From Takakia lepidozioides (taxonomy: Eukaryota > Plantae > Bryophyta): a DNA stretch of 64,000 nucleotides. The position numbers were made by a program, and so were the translations under genes. The notes under the pieces were generated by a model. The model was not told where the DNA came from and made no database searches. It saw only the letters and a program-made list of their open reading frames with translations. Location of the stretch: positions 30,194,001 to 30,258,000 of the forward strand of contig CM060733.1 in the NCBI GenBank assembly GCA_030704615.1, given 5' to 3'. Shown here piece by piece: positions 1-13,386 of the stretch; within the stretch, counting starts at the first letter, position 1, and every line of letters starts with the position of its first letter.

Positions 1-178
1 TACTAAGGGTGCACTGGTGACTTCAACAGTTGACTTTGTCAAAACCTTTGAAACTCACTACAGTACCCTTGGCAGAAATTCTAGGTCTAACAGTAAGGGG
101 TCTTCTGAAGAATGGAAGGACACAGAAAAAACTGTTTCTATGATTCAAGACAGCCCTGATGAACTGGAGTATATTTGA

Positions 179-1140
179 GTGGGTTACAACACTCCAATTA
201 GTTCTGGGATGGTGAAAGCAATTGAGCATTTCAACGGATACAAAGCTGGTGGACCTGATGGCTTAGTCAATGAGCTTATCAAGCATGGTGGCGACCCCAT
301 GATCGAGACCCTTGTACTCCCTATTTATCTTCTTTGGAGAACTGTTGATAACTCCAACCAGGCTAAGTCTCTAGAATCCATTCGAGTGGGGTGCTCAAGG
401 AGTGCATGTCAGCATGCTCTAATACAGCTAATGTGGCTGTTCGGGGTGAGTTTGGCATTCCTCCCTAAAGCTCCGAACGAGATGAATGCAATGTCGGATG
501 GCGGGGTCAGCTGCAACATCTGACTAATATCAGATATCCTAAGTTCATCGACTATATATCTTGGAAGCAGGATCGCCCTGTCAAACAGGCTAAGTCCTGG
601 CACAAGAGGGTACAAGAGATTTGCAAGGATCTGAATCTAAATCCATAAGTCTTGACCCTGCTGGATAAATCTGACCTAGAGGTGCCAGGAAACTGTCTGA
701 TCAAAATGAAGTTAGGCAGAAAGTTTCGCTTTCTGTGACATGGGTGAGGCCATTATGGATGACCTCAAGGGTTTACCCATTCTCGGCACTAGACTGAAAT
801 TTGAACTCAGGGCGGGAAGCCTACCTTTGAACAGCCACAGAGGTAGAGGGAAAGGGGGATTGCAAATGCCTGTTCTGTGGGCAAACCTGAAGACAATATC
901 CACTTTCTGATTCATTGTCCTGGGTACTTTCACCAGAGAGGCATCCTCTCAAATCCATCAAGGGACTTGTTCCTGTACCTCTGTTTACCAACTGTGAAAA
1001 TCTCGAGGCTGAGCCAAAATCCCAGGCCCTTTTGGGTCTAGTTATTGGGCAAGTCACACACAGCAGATTGCTGCTTGTGTGAAGCGAATTCTAGAGGATA
1101 TCTGGAAAACTCGGATCAATTGTCTATTTCAAGGTAGCCC
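179..1140 (+). pseudogene. Degraded LINE ORF2 fragments (RT N-terminus and C-terminal Cys/His region)
   Basis: KAGGPDGLVNELIKHGG at ~240-290 resembles the LINE RT KAPGPDG motif; a HFLIHCPG-like zf-RVT remnant lies near 900; many stops and deletions. Confidence 0.5.
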
Positions 1141-2226
1141 CTAACAAAGGTAGTTTCTGTCCCTTTGTGTTCTGCTCAAAAAAGGAGGTCAATGGCCACA
1201 ACGGCAAACGTCTTATGAGTACATTCTCTTGGTACGTGTCATAGAGTTCCTCCATTGTTTCTTTTCCTCTCTCCCCCTCTCTCAGCTGGATGGCTAGACT
1301 TCAAAAGACCATATAGGGTGAAGTCCGCCGAGTTTTGTGTATGACAGTCCCTGTTTACCCGAGCCACCCACCAAAGCCCTCTGTTAAGTAGTTGAACATC
1401 CAACCAGCTATCAGTCTTTGGCATATTTTTGCTGTTCTTTGAGGGCTTGCAGGACGCTACTCCTGCCTTAGGGATTGCACCCATCAGGGTTAACAAATCC
1501 TCTCTAGTATGAGGAGAATGTCAATGTATACGTTTGACATCAATTTCCTTTATCTAATTTGTACAATGTTATGCCTAGTTGGATTTAGTCTCAAATACCC
1601 ACTAGGGCTGAGGCCTCAGAACTCCACGACTATGTCCTCACGGGTTAGAAACAAGCAATAACACCAGATCTCTTTTCTCTCTCCTTTCCCCAAAAAGACT
1701 GCTCACCTTATCAAAGTCTTTGACAAGCTTGCCCTCAGGAGATGAGTTGTTTTCATACTCCATCCATAGCACCTTCAAACTCTTCTGCCGCCAGGTGTAG
1801 ACACATACAACACATTCAAGAACTACTTGAAACCACAATCTTTACCGGGGAAGATAGAAGAATACTACAACTAAAATTAATGGAAAATTAATGACAAGGT
1901 CCTGAACTCTTGCCAAAACATGTCCCTATCCCGAAGGCACGAAGGACAAGGGATCTGGAGAAAGAATAGTTACTGTAGCTTCAGCAATGTCATGAACATC
2001 TTCACACACCTGAAACAGAGCCAAACTTGTCTTGTAAATACCTTGGCTACTGAAGTCCTCCGATGACAAACTGACTGTAAAATCTCCAACAAGTTACTGA
2101 TCTCCTCAATTCAGGTTTGTTGTTATACATATATATACGAAAAAGAAAAATCAGGCAAAGCGCCACCCAGTACACCAACTGTGTTAATTATCAATCATAC
2201 AATGCACGTAGTCAGCAATTGACTCA

Positions 2227-2463
2227 GATCACAGGCACCATTCCTGACAGTTTGGTAGATTGTCCATCTTTGATAAATTTGGTGTTGAGCTCCAATAAGC
2301 TGAGTGGGAACATGCTGATGGAGATAGGGTGGTTGCGAAACTTGACGACCCTTTACCTTTGGAACAACAGCCTCACAGGCACCATTCCAGCTAGTGTAGG
2401 AGATTGTTCATCTTTGGTGGAGCTGGAGTTGTCCTCCAATCAGCTCACTGGATACATACCAAT
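2227..2463 (+). pseudogene. Isolated fragment of about three plant extracellular LRRs (LRR receptor-like kinase/protein type)
   Basis: ITGTIPDSLVDCPSLINLVLSSNKLSG...LRNLTTLYLWNNSLTGTIPASVGDCSSLVELELSSNQLTGYIP fits the 24-aa LxxLxLSxNxLSGxIP consensus; no signal peptide, TM or kinase nearby. Confidence 0.8.
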
Positions 2464-2779
2464 GGAGCATGAATGGTGCTTGTGAGGCTGTTGTTCCATA
2501 GGTAAAGTTTCATTATATTTTGCAACCTTCACACCGCAGTTCACCCAGCCTGATCTCTTTGGCGTCTGGAACTTACGACGGAAACCAGCCAAAGCAAACC
2601 AATCACAATACTCGCCACCTCGCATTTCATCACAATGTCCAGAGACCGTTCCCCCTCCAGTCCTTGCTGAAATACTCTCCTTTCTTCAAGGATTTGTTGA
2701 GTACCACCAATCAGATGAGATCGTGTAAAACTGAGGGGTGGTCAACCCAGAAGGTATAGAAAACCCAATTGAAACCATG

Positions 2780-3790
2780 GACATAAACACCCCTTTGTTG
2801 ACCTCAATGCAGCTGCAGCCAGGCTCCTTTCTGACACCTCTGTCTCCATCATTCATCTCACCTTCGCTTGATCATCCTGGCACCTGCCAACTGCAGCATA
2901 GATGTTTGATAGCAACACGTAGGTTCCTGCATGCTGTGGATTCTTGAGAAAACATGCTGGCCATGATCTCAATTCCTTCCAATAAAAGTGGGTACAGCCT
3001 TCATCCACCAAGCATGACTACATGCAGAGAGGAGAGAGACAAACATGATATCCTCTGGGTTAAGCTTTTCGTGGGCCTTCCTACCACATCTGAGGCTGGC
3101 ACATGCATTGACAACACAAATGACGGTGACAACGTTGGGTATTCCCCTTCAAATTGCATTTGTTCATAGATCTTTGAAGCCTCGCTACCCACACCCATGC
3201 TGAGCACATCCTCCTATCATGGCATTCCATGATTCAACCACATCTAGTGGAGCCATGTTGTCAAACACTTGCCGTGAACCCTTCAGGCTCCCACATTTGG
3301 CATACATGTCAACAAGGGTATTCTTCAGAATGATATCTCGCACAAGTCTAGCTTTGGTGATGTCAGCATAGACCTCTCAGCCCTTTTCCAGGTCACCTTG
3401 TCTGGCACACACATTCAGAATGCAAATGAACGTCACCTTGATGGGAGTCACCCCTTCCTACTTGCTCACACATCTCGAAAGCCTCCATACCACACCCATG
3501 TTGTGTGTATCCTACAATCATCACAGTCCATAAGCTGACATCTTGCTTAGCCATTTTGTTAAAAACCTGGCATACATGTCAGCAAGGGGAGGCCCCAGAA
3601 TGATATCGGGCACTCTTTCCCTCTGATAGGCCTTGCCCTCCTGCAAGATATAGACATAAGTATGGGAATGCCTTGTTAACATGTGCAGTGCCTCTTTCAG
3701 TCGTCCAGTCTTGCATAGTGTCCTCACATCCCCACAAGTGCCAAAAGAGATCTTGTTGACTCCTCTTGGTCCTCTTTCACAAGGAGAGGT
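2780..3790 (-). pseudogene. PLS-class PPR pseudogene with E/E+ domain
   Basis: Minus-strand pieces read LCKTGRLKEALHML, NTLVDMYAKCGSL..SRQVFDNM, WNAMIGGCAQHG and E-domain-like AGTYVLLSNIYAAVGR..RGVRKEPGCSCIEVN; broken by frameshifts. Confidence 0.75.
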
Positions 3791-6700
3791 GATGGTGGAT
3801 GTGTGGTGGATGTGCAGCCAGTCTGATGTCCTACGAAGACCTGGAACAAATTCAACCCTGCCAACCTGCATGACTCAACTCTTTGTTACAAAACTCCAAA
3901 GCTCCAAGATCATCATCTCTTCACGATAGCGGCAGGGGTACAAACTACTGCAGTCATCGACTTTCAGAAGAGACTGTACCAATACTACCTGGAGAGTTGG
4001 AATCCCCAAATAATATTCAAAGTAATACCCACTGTCCACTTGCCCTGTAGATTGCTGATGCCCATTAACACTAAAATCGTCACCAGACCTAACCAATGGT
4101 GATACTTAGGTGAACCATCACCAGGCCCAACCGTTCTTCTCATTTGGTACAAAGGCCTCGCGATTTGAAGGAACACTTACCTTACTGCTACGCCACAACC
4201 CATTTTGCAGGCGGAGGGAAGTTTTCCCTGCGAATGCATGCATCCAATTTTTGAGGGCGATGCGCACGACACCTTCGTGGACCTCACCTACCACCAACAG
4301 GTCCTACTCGTGTTGGCTTTGGCTGGGTACCCATGATTGCTTATTAAGATTTACTTTACTTCTTATGTTTTCAGGGTATCTGTGACTACATACTCTGTGG
4401 ACTGGAAGATCTGTCGCATCGAAAAAATCAAAATGGAATCTGCCGATGTGCAGGAATCGCGTTTGTGGGTACCCGAGTTTGGTCACACTCGTGCCCTCCA
4501 CCCTACCAATTTGGGCAGCCATCAACCCCCCTTTCCCTGTGGTCTCCTTCGCCTGCCTTCCACCCGCCCCCTCACGTGGTCATCGTGCCATCTTCCTACT
4601 GCCTGAATTCCTTTTAAATGAAACTTGGGCTAATTAATTTAGCTCCGCTGTACTACCTATTAATACAGCTATCGTTCAGGTTTGCTTTTTTTTTGGGCCC
4701 TGCATGTGCAGAGCACTAAAGTAGTTAAGGCGGAGGAGTAAGCTCTTGGAGCATCCCCACACTTGAGCCCGAAAAACTCCTTGTAACACCAAAGATAGTG
4801 TCATCGATTCAGTGCCTGCTGGGTTCTGTGGCGCGGCAGCCCGACTCGCGCACACCCTTGTCCCTGAATCGCCCACGCTATACCCGTGCACCTTGCCTCC
4901 TATTGGCCGGAAGGGGCGAGATCTCCACCAAGATGCTGACAGGCATGCGCTTTATCACGTTGACTTGGATTCAGGGACGTATTCTGCGCACGGAATACAG
5001 CGGCCGGGTTCAGTGCACGGAACGATATTCAGTGCGAGCTTTTCATGGGATATAGGATGATATTCAATGCCTTTTGACCCCTTGCCTTTTTAGAAAATAT
5101 GGAGGTGGCATGCCAACTCCAAATGGCATCCAATAAGTTGGAGCAGGTATGCCACCTCATGTGGTATAATTATGCAGAAAAAAATGGAAGGGTTGAGCTT
5201 GAAATAACCATTAGGTGAGTGGCTCCAGTTCCAGGCATCGGTCCTTTGCGCTTGCTCTACCGCCGTGCTGGAAACCTGGAGCACTGTCTGCTTCACTGCC
5301 AAGCACCATCCAAGATATGGCCTCTAGTGAAATCTTTTTACCTAAAGTGGAATCCAAAGCCTGTCTCTGGAACTCATTTGGTGGAATACAAAAAACAAAG
5401 TTGTAAGTTGTCTTCTATTTGAAACCCTCAAAGGGTCGACATTATGGCATCTTTTGAAAATCCGTTGTAAGAATACCTTCTTTGGAAAGACAGCCACGAT
5501 ATCATCTCTCCTCTCCAGCATTTTTTATGATCTCCAGACTAAAGCTCGTAAAGCATGGGCTAAAAAATGTGCAGAAATGCACCAAAATTCCGGGAGTGCA
5601 GATCAAATCCACGCAATACGATCTCCCTCCACCGCCGTGGCGCAACCTTTGAGTCCCCCTCCACACTTTCACCGGAGTTTGAGCGAGATGTCAACTGGAA
5701 ACACATAAAAACTTCATCCAAGGCTTCTAGATTGAATTACTCTTAAATCCTTCTGATTTAGGCAAAGTCACTGAGGAAGATCAATGTTCTTTGTTTCTCA
5801 TTTTAGCTAAAGTAAGGTCAAAGGTCGGTTGGCTTAGGGACCATCAGTTCTTAGTAGGCCTGCCTACATTTAAGTGGTCTTCTCTCTCGGGATCCGTCCC
5901 AACATTTAGGTTCTTCAAAATCCATCGTTGGGTGGATGCACGGCTCTTACTACACTGATCACGGTGTGTGTGCCTTATGGCAAACACAAGGCCTTCTTAA
6001 AATGTCTTCTACACTGCCAACATAGGTTGGAAAGCGGCAGACCTAGAGCGGTCACCATGAACACCTATCTGGAAGCTAAGCGCAATCTGGCCTTGAGGCT
6101 CCAGCCTTTGTTGTCAAAGCTAATTCGGCCGGAGCAAACAGGGTTTTTGAAGAACTGGACAATATTTTGTTCTGCAACGAAGTTCTTCATGTTGCGCATG
6201 TTTATGAGCAACCTATTGCTATGTTAATGCTGGACTTCCAGAAAGCATTTGACAACATCATCTGGGATTATCTCCTTCGTGCACTCAAGCTTCGGGCATC
6301 GCTGGTAACTTTCTCAAATGGATCTGCAATCTCCTGAAGTCTGTCCAGATCATTTCCTCTCTTTAAGTTGGTGCGCCAGGGCTGCCCATTAGCCCCATTT
6401 TTTTTTTTAATTGTTGCAGTGGGCTAGGGCACCTTATGGATAAGAGGAACGACTCAAGAGGGCTTTCTATTCCACAATCGCCTTCATTGGACCCATCCTC
6501 CTCAATCTTATATGCTGATGGTACGACTCTTTTCATCGACAACAGTTCTTTGGAGAATGTTGAAGCTACTCTTGGTTCTCTCTCTACCTTCTGCGGTGCC
6601 TCTGGTCTGGATATCAATTGGAATAAATCCATAGGGCTTCTCAGTCAACTTCCTGAGTCCAGTGCAGCTAAACACTGTGAGTCTTGGGGTTCAGTCTTAG

Positions 6701-8299
6701 GGCTTAGATGGATGGAAGCAGGGCAAGTGCATGTGCTTCTGGGTCATCAAATTGGGCTCAACATTAGTGATGAGCTTAGATTTGCAGCGGTTCTCTCTAA
6801 GCTGAAAACTAAATTGGCCTATTGGAGCTCATTACATTTTTCCATCATGGGAAGAGCTTTGGTAGCTAATGAAGTCCTTTTGGCCTCTTCTTGGTTCACT
6901 CCTGCAGTTTGGTCTCTTGGTTCTACAATATTCATCAAGAAGATCAAATGAACTTCATTTGGGATGCTTCTCCGACAGCTCCCAATAAGAGGGCCCTTGT
7001 GAGCTGGGCTCAGCTATGTCAAAAAAAGAAATACGGGGGCTTGGAATTATTGACCCTGATGCGCAGATTTCTGCCTTGTTGCAAAGTGGGTACCAAGAAT
7101 CTTTACCCACATGTCAAGTTCTTGGAGTCGATTAGTTAGGCTTCATCTCGCTGCTTCAACCCCTAGATCCAGCCCTCTCTGGACTGCTTCGCTGAAATGG
7201 ATAGATCAAGGTGGGAGGTTCAACGTCAATCCAGGCATTGGCTCCAAAGTTTGGCCCATCTGTTTGGTCAGCGTGGTGCAAGATGAGGGGTTTTTTTTTG
7301 GGGGATTGCTATTCCGTGAGCAGAACCCGTGAGCAGAAAATACTCTGAGCAGAATTCTGCTCACGTTCCTCGGAATTAGAATTTAGGGTTGGGCCTATTA
7401 CCGCCATGCGTCAACTCCTAGAAGCCCTATTACCGTAAATGGGAGCTTAGTATTCCTGGAGTGTGACTAAGGCTTAGCAATAAGATTGGTGAGTGGATGA
7501 ATAATGGATGTATGTGATATGATAAAAATATGGATGAATGTAAAATGTCGATTCCAATCCACTTATCGCGTAAGGAAGGTAAAAAGCTTGAAGAGGGTAA
7601 GTGCAGACTACACTGGTTCAAAAGCGGCATATGTGCCCTCCACTGAAAGTCCATGAGAAAAACTCAATGCACCTTTTAATTAAGGATATTTGTTCAAATA
7701 TATTTTTATCTTCATAGGTAATGGTATACTAATCATATTTAGTAAATGGTCTCATCCCAAATATTTGAGATGTTTTTTAGTATAATTGTTTTTAAATATT
7801 TTTCTCTTATTTAGAAATAATAGCTATTTATTATTATCTTGTAGTTTATGAAATTTTTCCATATAACAATAAGCTCCTAGAGACAATAACAATATAATAT
7901 TCTTAGCAAAGATCTCCACCCAAATATGAATTTTTCAAAATTCTATGGACAAATCGTCATTTTGGGGGTTTTTTTGGTACAAAAAAGTCCATTGACTGCA
8001 TGAAGCACCCTTGAGTGCCAAGGCACTCAAGGAGGCGGAGGCGCTCACTAGGTGGAGTCCCGCACTTTTCAGATGGCATTTGGGACATCCAATGGACTGT
8101 CACAGTCCATTGGAATTCCCTACAAAAGTCCATAGCTTCATGAGATTTCAACCAATTACCAATGTACATATGGTAAGTGGCTAACCCATTCTAAGTCCAT
8201 TTGCTATGAATATATACTTATGTGTATAGGATGAAGAATAATATGACAAGCAGTCAGTCGAAAACTGCAAATTGCAGTCCAAACTGAGCCACTCTAGTC

Positions 8300-8860
8300 T
8301 ACATCTACCCAAGAGGGAAGAAGTTGCTTTGGAGGAGAGAGGGGGCGATATTGCTTTCTGTGTACGATGGCCAACATATTTCGTCTACAGCAATCTCACA
8401 AGAGGATTCATTCTCGGCACATCAGTTTTTCTACCCATGGGACACAATGGTTTTTGTTGGCATAAATGCTGATGTGTTGAGTAGGAATCAAGACCCCCTA
8501 CAGCAACATGCTTAGGTCCATTGGCAGTTTGGCAATCAAATCGTCTACCTCATCCAATATCCCCGGGCGGCCAAGAACCTCCACCATGACTAGTAGTCCC
8601 ATATGACTGCAAGCAGAGATAATGGAATAAAGGTGATATTGTCTGATGTATGATGCAATTCCTGCTTTTTGAATGAGATTAGCATGGACTTGCTTGCCCT
8701 TCCCTAGGTATCCAAGGTTGACACATACATTGACTCCGCTAATGAAAGTGACCATGATCGGTCGCACCCCTTTTTGTGATCTTCCTATGTTGCATTCTGT
8801 ATTCCATCTCCACTGAGTGAATTTGCTCGACCACATCATAGAGAGTCATTGCAATGGTAT
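8300..8860 (-). pseudogene. PPR (PLS-class) gene fragment inside the TIR element
   Basis: Minus-strand GVRPIMVTFISG..VCVNLGYLGKGKQVHA, IISACSHMGL, MVEVLGRPGILDEVDDLIAKLPM are typical PLS-PPR C-terminal repeat remnants. Confidence 0.65.
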
Positions 8861-8874
8861 GTCTAAATGACTAC

Positions 8875-9200
8875 CTGTCTGGGTTCGGATTAAGATGGCA
8901 TTGATGCCAGCTTAATCTCCACCCCTCTAAGCTTAAGGAAACTGAAAAACAAAAAAGAAGCAACCACTGAAGTCCTACTGTCTATTTGTGTATCTGTCTG
9001 TCTATTTGTCTGGGTCTGGATTAAGATGGCGTTGACGCCAGCTTAATCTCCACCCCTCTAAGCACAAGGAAATTGACAAACAGAAAAGCAGAAACCACTC
9101 AAGAACCATGTCTGTCTGTCTGGGTCTAGATTAAGATGGCGTTGATGTCAGCTTAATCTCTACCCCTCCAATGAGAAGGATATTGAAAAACAGAAAAGCA
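8875..9200. repeat. Three ~110-130-bp tandem units, each with a 30-bp near-palindrome
   Basis: GATTAAGATGGCGTTGACGCCAGCTTAATC at 9019-9048, with variants at 8888-8917 and 9129-9158. Confidence 0.85.
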
Positions 9201-12200
9201 GCAAAAAATAAATAAATAAAAACTGATTTTAATTATTTTTTTAATTATTTTTTGTTTTCCGAATGTGCCGGTGTTGTCAATGACACCTTAATCTGGCTGG
9301 TCTTCTGGGCTGGAATTAAGCTTCTGCCAAATTAAAATACACTTATTTAAACTCAACAACACATACATTTTTGGGTTTTTGTTTTAATTTGATCTGTTGG
9401 GTTGAATTATCATGTGCAAACAGGGGCTGGGAATTATGATGGCCTCTGCTATTCTCATAATGGTCTCTTAAGATAGCAAATACTGACCTACATGTGGATT
9501 CCATTGGGGTCAGAGTCTCGACAAGTGGACCAAAAGTACATCTCCGAAAACCTACAACATACACATGTTCAGCTTTGTACGAAGTGGAGAGCAACAAATA
9601 TTAAGGCGGAAGTAGAGGTCTCATAATGGCCTCTTAAGATGGCCTCAAAGGTCTCATTAATTTCGGTCCGATGGAGAGGAGATTGCGTCATTGCAGTGGA
9701 GTTTGCGTCCACGGCAACAGGCCCATTTTTTCCCTCGGTTTTAGGCTCCGCTTCACTAATCTGCTCACGCTTACAATCTGCTCACGCTTAAGGGATTCTG
9801 CTCACGGGTTCTGCTCACACGGTAGCTGTTTTTTTTTTTTTTTCAAACCATGCCTACTTCCTTTGCGAAGGTCCTCGGACAACCCTTATTTGCCAATTAT
9901 AATCGAGACTCTGATATCCTCATTCCATGCTCAAGCCGATGGGCCCACTGGGAGGCTGCAAGCCTTTCACACTTGCTTCACTTCTGGGACATGAATTCAG
10001 GTTCTATCATCTCCCCCGCAACTGCTGCTGCTAATTTTTCACTGAGAAAGAACAATAGTGGCTGGAATGTTGTCATGGGCGAGCTTCCTTCTCATTGGAC
10101 GGAGCTGTTATCACAACAAGGCATTTTTTCCCTCCCTAGGTGGCTTGGGTACTCTGTCGGTTAACTCTACTTTCTATGCAACCAGCAGAGGGCCTGATTT
10201 TTTTTTTGGAATTAGCTTCCAGGTGCATCGGCATGGCCAATTGTTCAAGCCTAACTTGATTCATTCTATTCCTGCCAACACCTGCCTCTTTGACATACGG
10301 GTCCTTTACTCGTGTTCTGGTAAAGCCAACCATATACCCCCAGAGGAACTGCAGCATTACAACAGATCCTTTGTCTGGTTTCATTCTGCCCCAATTAGGT
10401 TGTTGCAGTTTGATCCAAGTGAGCGGTTATGGATGAACAAACAACATGATCATTTTTTCGCTTACTCTGTCAAGCTTGGCTACTCCTTGTTGATGCCTAA
10501 GCAATCCTTTCATAGATAGTGGCAGAAAAAGTGGGATTACTCTGGAGAATGAAACATTCATTGGAAACAGGTCTGGGATGACATTTGGAAAAAACATAGG
10601 CCAGCGAAAATATTTGTCTTTCTATGGAAGATTGCAAATAGATTTGTGTCTATTGGTGCTTCTATCTCAGATCTTCCTACCAATTGTGCGTTATGTAACC
10701 TTAACCTCCCGGAAAATATAGAGCATTGCTTGGTGCTCTGCCCTTTTGCTGCAGCCATGTGGTCTAAGGCCTCTGCTTTCTACTCTCTTTGGAACTCCAA
10801 TCTCTCCTTATCTGTTTCTGCTATTCTTTTGAATATTAAAGATAGCTTAAAGTTCAGCTCATGCCCAGTTTGGGAATCTTTGAGAGGTACAATTTTGTGG
10901 CAGATCTGGAAGATGAGGTATTCAATGGTCTTTCAAAATGTTATGCCATGTTTACAGAAGACCTTGCACATGGCTCACTCAGACTTGATGTCTGAAGCTC
11001 AAAAGTGTTGGTTGACTATTGTGACAACTTTGCCAAAATGTGGGATCAGGAAAAGAGACCAGCTTCTCTCTTCCTTCGACAGCTCGTGGGGACATGGGGG
11101 GGGTGCTCTACATGCGAATTTTAGATTCCAAAGTTATTTGGGAGAAAAGCCTCATTCCCTGCTGGCAGCTTGGTCAGTGATAAAGCATCCCCACTTCGGC
11201 TGGTGACTACGAGGTCAATGGGAGGAGCAAGCGAAGCCTCAGGAAGGGGAAATCGATCGAAAGCTCAATTGTCTTTTTTGAGAACCCTAAGAGGAAACGT
11301 GGTAGCGATTAGTTCTTCTTCTTTTGCTTCTTGCTTTCAGGGTTGCTTGCTATCTGGACTCAGTAGTTCGGATTTTGCAATCTTCTGCAGGTTATGCTTC
11401 TAAGCCTTGATGGATGTGTGGTATTTATTGCTATGCTGGCTTTTGCATCTTGTTGGTGTTAGGACTGTTGGGCCTCTTGGAAGTCGAGAGTTACTACTTG
11501 TCTCTCTCCTCTCTCTCTTTCCAAATTCCCTTGCGAAATCCGCACACACTCCGTCCAATACCACCTCAGCCTCTCCCTGCCTTTCTGTCTCCAACAATAA
11601 TTCTAGTCTGCATCCCGCCTCCAATCGCCTCCCTCTACGTCAATTAACCAAGAGATAGTTACTTCACCCCCTAGTTTTTTGATTCGGAGTGGAACCTCAA
11701 CCATCTGCCTCATGGCTATAATTTGTAAGGTTATTTTTTCCTTACCTTATCAATAAAGTTCTCCAGGGGCACTGTCCCTTCTTCTCAAAAAAATAAAAAT
11801 AAAAAAAAAATTACAAAAAGTTATTTGCAAAAGTTACAATAGGTCATCAAACAGCACAACCTGATTCCTGAAACGGGTCGCGTAGGAAGTTAAACATTAA
11901 CTAAGGTAGCATGTGCCGTTGGCCCAAGTGTCGAGTGTCATCTAAGTCCAAGTGCAATCCCCTACATATCCGGAGACCCTACAGTTTGGGAGATCTCCAT
12001 GTCATTGTTCCAGGATATCCCACTTTGCTATTTTTCACGAATTTTCAGCGACCAAAAGTACTTGAAATTCCACATCTCCCACACCGGCGTAGGTCCAAAA
12101 ATTATGAGACCAAGGTCCGTACCACATTAGTGGCACACCAACGACAGTGACGTGGACGTTGCAAGCTAGGGATTGTTGGATGATATAATGAATCGACTAC

Positions 12201-12767
12201 CACACTATAACAGAAGCCAAGTGGCAAAAAAAATCGCTACTACCTTACTTTTTCATTCTAAAAATAACCAACTCTAAAACCAGGAAGACACAAAGAGGTA
12301 GGAGAGACCAGCTTCACTATGGCGGGAGAATCGCATCACGACAAAATGTCTTCCTAAAATTGTGGATTTACAGGGGACACTGCCTAGAAATCCATATTTC
12401 ACAATAATGTGACATGTAGGCGCCAGGTCGGAGCCATGTCAACGCCTTTCCACCGGCAGCAACCGCTAGTGTGGTAGGCAGAGCGGCACACTGCCCTCCC
12501 TTAAACCAATAGGAGGGTCCGAAATGGAGTGCTGCTGCCCCTCTTGCCGCTAGTGTGGTATCGCCCCAGGTCGGTGCACTCCTCCTCATCGAGGGCTTTC
12601 CAAGGGTACCAAGGGTTGGGGGCCCGCAGTTTGGGAGGTCTCAACGCTACAAAACAAAACAAACAAACAAACAACCTTGCTTCAATAATAGTGGAAGAGT
12701 CGCTAGTTACGCTTGCTTCGGCAATGCGTCCACCTTTTTTTAATGGAAGAGTCACAACTAGTGGAAA

Positions 12768-12802
12768 AATAATAATAATCATAATCATAATCATAATAAT
12801 CA
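12768..12802. repeat. (ATA)n/(ATAATC)n microsatellite
   Basis: Direct reading: aataataataatcataatcataatcataataatca. Confidence 0.8.
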
Positions 12803-13386
12803 TACATCTTGAAAGCTTAGAACCAATATCTTTTTATTTCATTTTTCCAAACGAGCTAGAGAGGCCATGTGAATTTTACCCAACATTAATTGGCGACAAT
12901 AATATGGTGGGAGGGTTAAAAAAATGGATGTATACTAGGTGACACATTTTAACAGGTCCACGAGGACATGTTCAGCTATTGGCACATTCAGGTTAATGTT
13001 TTAGTTATTACCCCACATATTTCTTTGTACTTGCTGCTTGTTCTTTTTCTTTTTCTTTTTAATGAAAAAACCAATGTTGGACTGGTATCACAATAATATG
13101 ACACCAGAGTCGTCCTAGTATCACAACGGCCCGTTTTCCCAAGACTGGTATGGTCCTGGTATTGGGGGAAAGGGGCCAGGTAGGATATAGGAGGCGTATC
13201 AATAACGTAAACTTGTGGATGTATAGCTGTAGGGTGTCAATACTTACTTTTTCCATGTCATATGGAGCAAATATGAATATTTCCCGGGTAGGTATATAGA
13301 ATATTTAATATATTCAAGAGAATACTCAATAACCTGAAAAAACAAATTGTCCTTCACACTGGATCACAAATATTAGTGGTATTTAC

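Larger units (their letters stand above)
7300..9834. mobile_element. ~2.5-kb non-autonomous Mutator-like TIR element with captured fragments (Pack-MULE-like)
   Basis: Left end GGGGGATTGCTATTCCGTGAGCAGAACCCGTGAGCAGAA; right end in reverse complement AAAAAACAGCTACCGTGTGAGCAGAACCCGTGAGCAGAA. T9 on the left (7291-7299) and a T15 run on the right fit a 9-bp TSD. Removing it rejoins LINE coding sequence (..WCKMRGFFF|QTMPTSFAKVLGQPLFAN). Confidence 0.7.
5050..11810 (+). mobile_element. Decayed L1-clade LINE retrotransposon (ORF2 RT + zf-RVT, poly(A) tail), interrupted at 7300-9834
   Basis: LALRLQPLLSKLIRPEQTGF (~6090-6150), LDFQKAFD (~6230), VRQGCPLAP (~6371), LYADG (YADD mutated, ~6508), SGLDINWNKS, CALC..ENIEHCLVLCPFA (~10686-10750), A-rich tail 11787-11810. 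The 5' boundary is uncertain. Confidence 0.8.

Noticed and set aside
2117-2485. Functional LRR receptor gene
   Set aside because: Only about three repeats, no other domains, surrounded by decayed fragments.
12370-12700. Possible short Helitron- or SINE-like repeat ending in (CAAA)n
   Set aside because: No convincing termini, hairpin, Pol III boxes or TSD could be fixed by eye.
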